In this document: in pieces, positions 25,828-26,508 of the stretch
Numbering within the stretch: position 1 is the first letter of the stretch
How the letters are laid out: every line of letters begins with the position of its first letter
DNA from: a bacterium
GTDB taxonomy: Bacteria > Fidelibacterota > Marinisomatia > Marinisomatales > UBA1611
NCBI GenBank assembly: GCA_038127595.1
Contig: JAYPIC010000007.1
Coordinates: 22,113 to 48,620 of the forward strand
Direction of reading: 5' to 3'
DNA length: 26,508 bases
The notes under the pieces: generated by a model
Seen by the model: only the letters and a program-made list of their open reading frames with translations
Told to the model about the DNA's origin: nothing
The model's database searches: none
Translations under genes and position numbers: made by a program

Positions 25828-26506
25828 GAGATGTGCTTAAGCTATATTCGTCATTTTTATCTTGGGCAATAAAATCCCAACGAAAAGTACCAGTTTTTGT
25901 TTGATAATTAGGGTCTGTATTTCCGCTCCCAAAAACAGGAATCTTAAAACTATATGTCCCATCACCGCTTACTTCATCACCGCTAGTTATATCAGGCAAA
26001 TAAATAACATTACTGCTCCCATCATCATAAAGATATATATAGTTACCATCATTCATCATTGAATCGCCTTCAATATGATATGAAGTAAAACCCACCCACC
26101 TTATATTATCCAAACCATCTGCATCGAAAACTGTAGCACTTACAATGTGTAGAGACAGCGTAGCACCAATGGGCCTAGTAATCAATGTATCCGCTTGAAC
26201 ATTAATTATTCTCGGAATTATGTTTCCAATTCTAAATGACGATTGCTCGTTTGCAGTTTCGCCAATATACATTGCTAAAACATTAATGTGCACGCTGCCA
26301 GAATCATCACCCAATGTATTTTTAATATTAAGAGAGTCATTTCTAACTTTCAAAGTATAGTAATCATCATTTGAAAGAATATCCCCATTTGTTCCATCAT
26401 CAAATAAAGTCAAACTATCAGGTGTATTTTCCAAACTAGTGCCAAACCACTCAACTATTACCTTATCTAAAATTCGCCCATCTAAATCTGGTTGAACTTT
26501 TGTACT
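25808..26506 (-). CDS. Choice-of-anchor X-like domain protein, 5'-truncated by the window edge
   Basis: The frame is open to the window end. Two motifs, LFDDGTNGDILSNDDYYT and LYDDG…GDEVSGDGTYS, are typical of this Asp-rich Ig-like family. Confidence 0.65.
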   Translation of the reverse strand, partial: STKVQPDLDGRILDKVIVEWFGTSLENTPDSLTLFDDGTNGDILSNDDYYTLKVRNDSLNIKNTLGDDSGSVHINVLAMYIGETANEQSSFRIGNIIPRIINVQADTLITRPIGATLSLHIVSATVFDADGLDNIRWVGFTSYHIEGDSMMNDGNYIYLYDDGSSNVIYLPDITSGDEVSGDGTYSFKIPVFGSGNTDPNYQTKTGTFRWDFIAQDKNDEYSLSTSHEVVIQ

Positions 26507-26508
26507 AA

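Noticed and set aside
9020..26062. Short alternative ORFs (9020, 12206, 13597, 18155, 19307, 22640, 24426, 25331, 25862)
   Set aside because: All lie within or across longer motif-bearing genes and have no recognisable features.
1..26508. CRISPR array, tRNA/rRNA, IS or prophage
   Set aside because: No intergenic gap exceeds ~46 bp, there are no spaced direct repeats, and no transposase, integrase or phage motifs were seen.

Overview
AT-rich (roughly one-third GC by eye), very densely coded bacterial DNA. T9SS-type C-terminal sorting domains, PorV-like barrels and signal peptides followed by Gln point to the FCB superphylum; a streamlined marine lineage such as Marinimicrobia is a plausible guess. 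The + strand carries the 3' part of mdh and two envelope beta-solenoid genes (DUF4097-like and toast-rack/LiaF-like). From >26508 down to 2752 there is one unbroken minus-strand run of 19 tightly coupled genes. In order: a choice-of-anchor X protein, a PorZ-like propeller, two PorV-like barrels, a divergent polysaccharide deacetylase, a Rhizobium-type asparaginase, a 7-gene block, an unknown exported protein, a YjbH-like barrel, a TPR/TatT-like protein, a Nudix hydrolase, a TorF-like barrel and queG. The 7-gene block (7460-20048) is the most interesting part and looks like an extracellular-DNA capture, degradation and uptake system. It encodes two T9SS cargo proteins with lamin-tail and OB-fold domains but no recognisable catalytic domain, a PorV/PorP-like barrel, a large barrel with two ComEA-type helix-hairpin-helix domains, a FadL-like barrel, and two paralogous DNase I-like (EEP) enzymes. 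One EEP enzyme is fused to a 5'-nucleotidase-type domain that has lost most of its metal ligands. No RNA genes, CRISPR arrays or mobile elements were seen. All family calls are by-eye motif recognition, not database searches.
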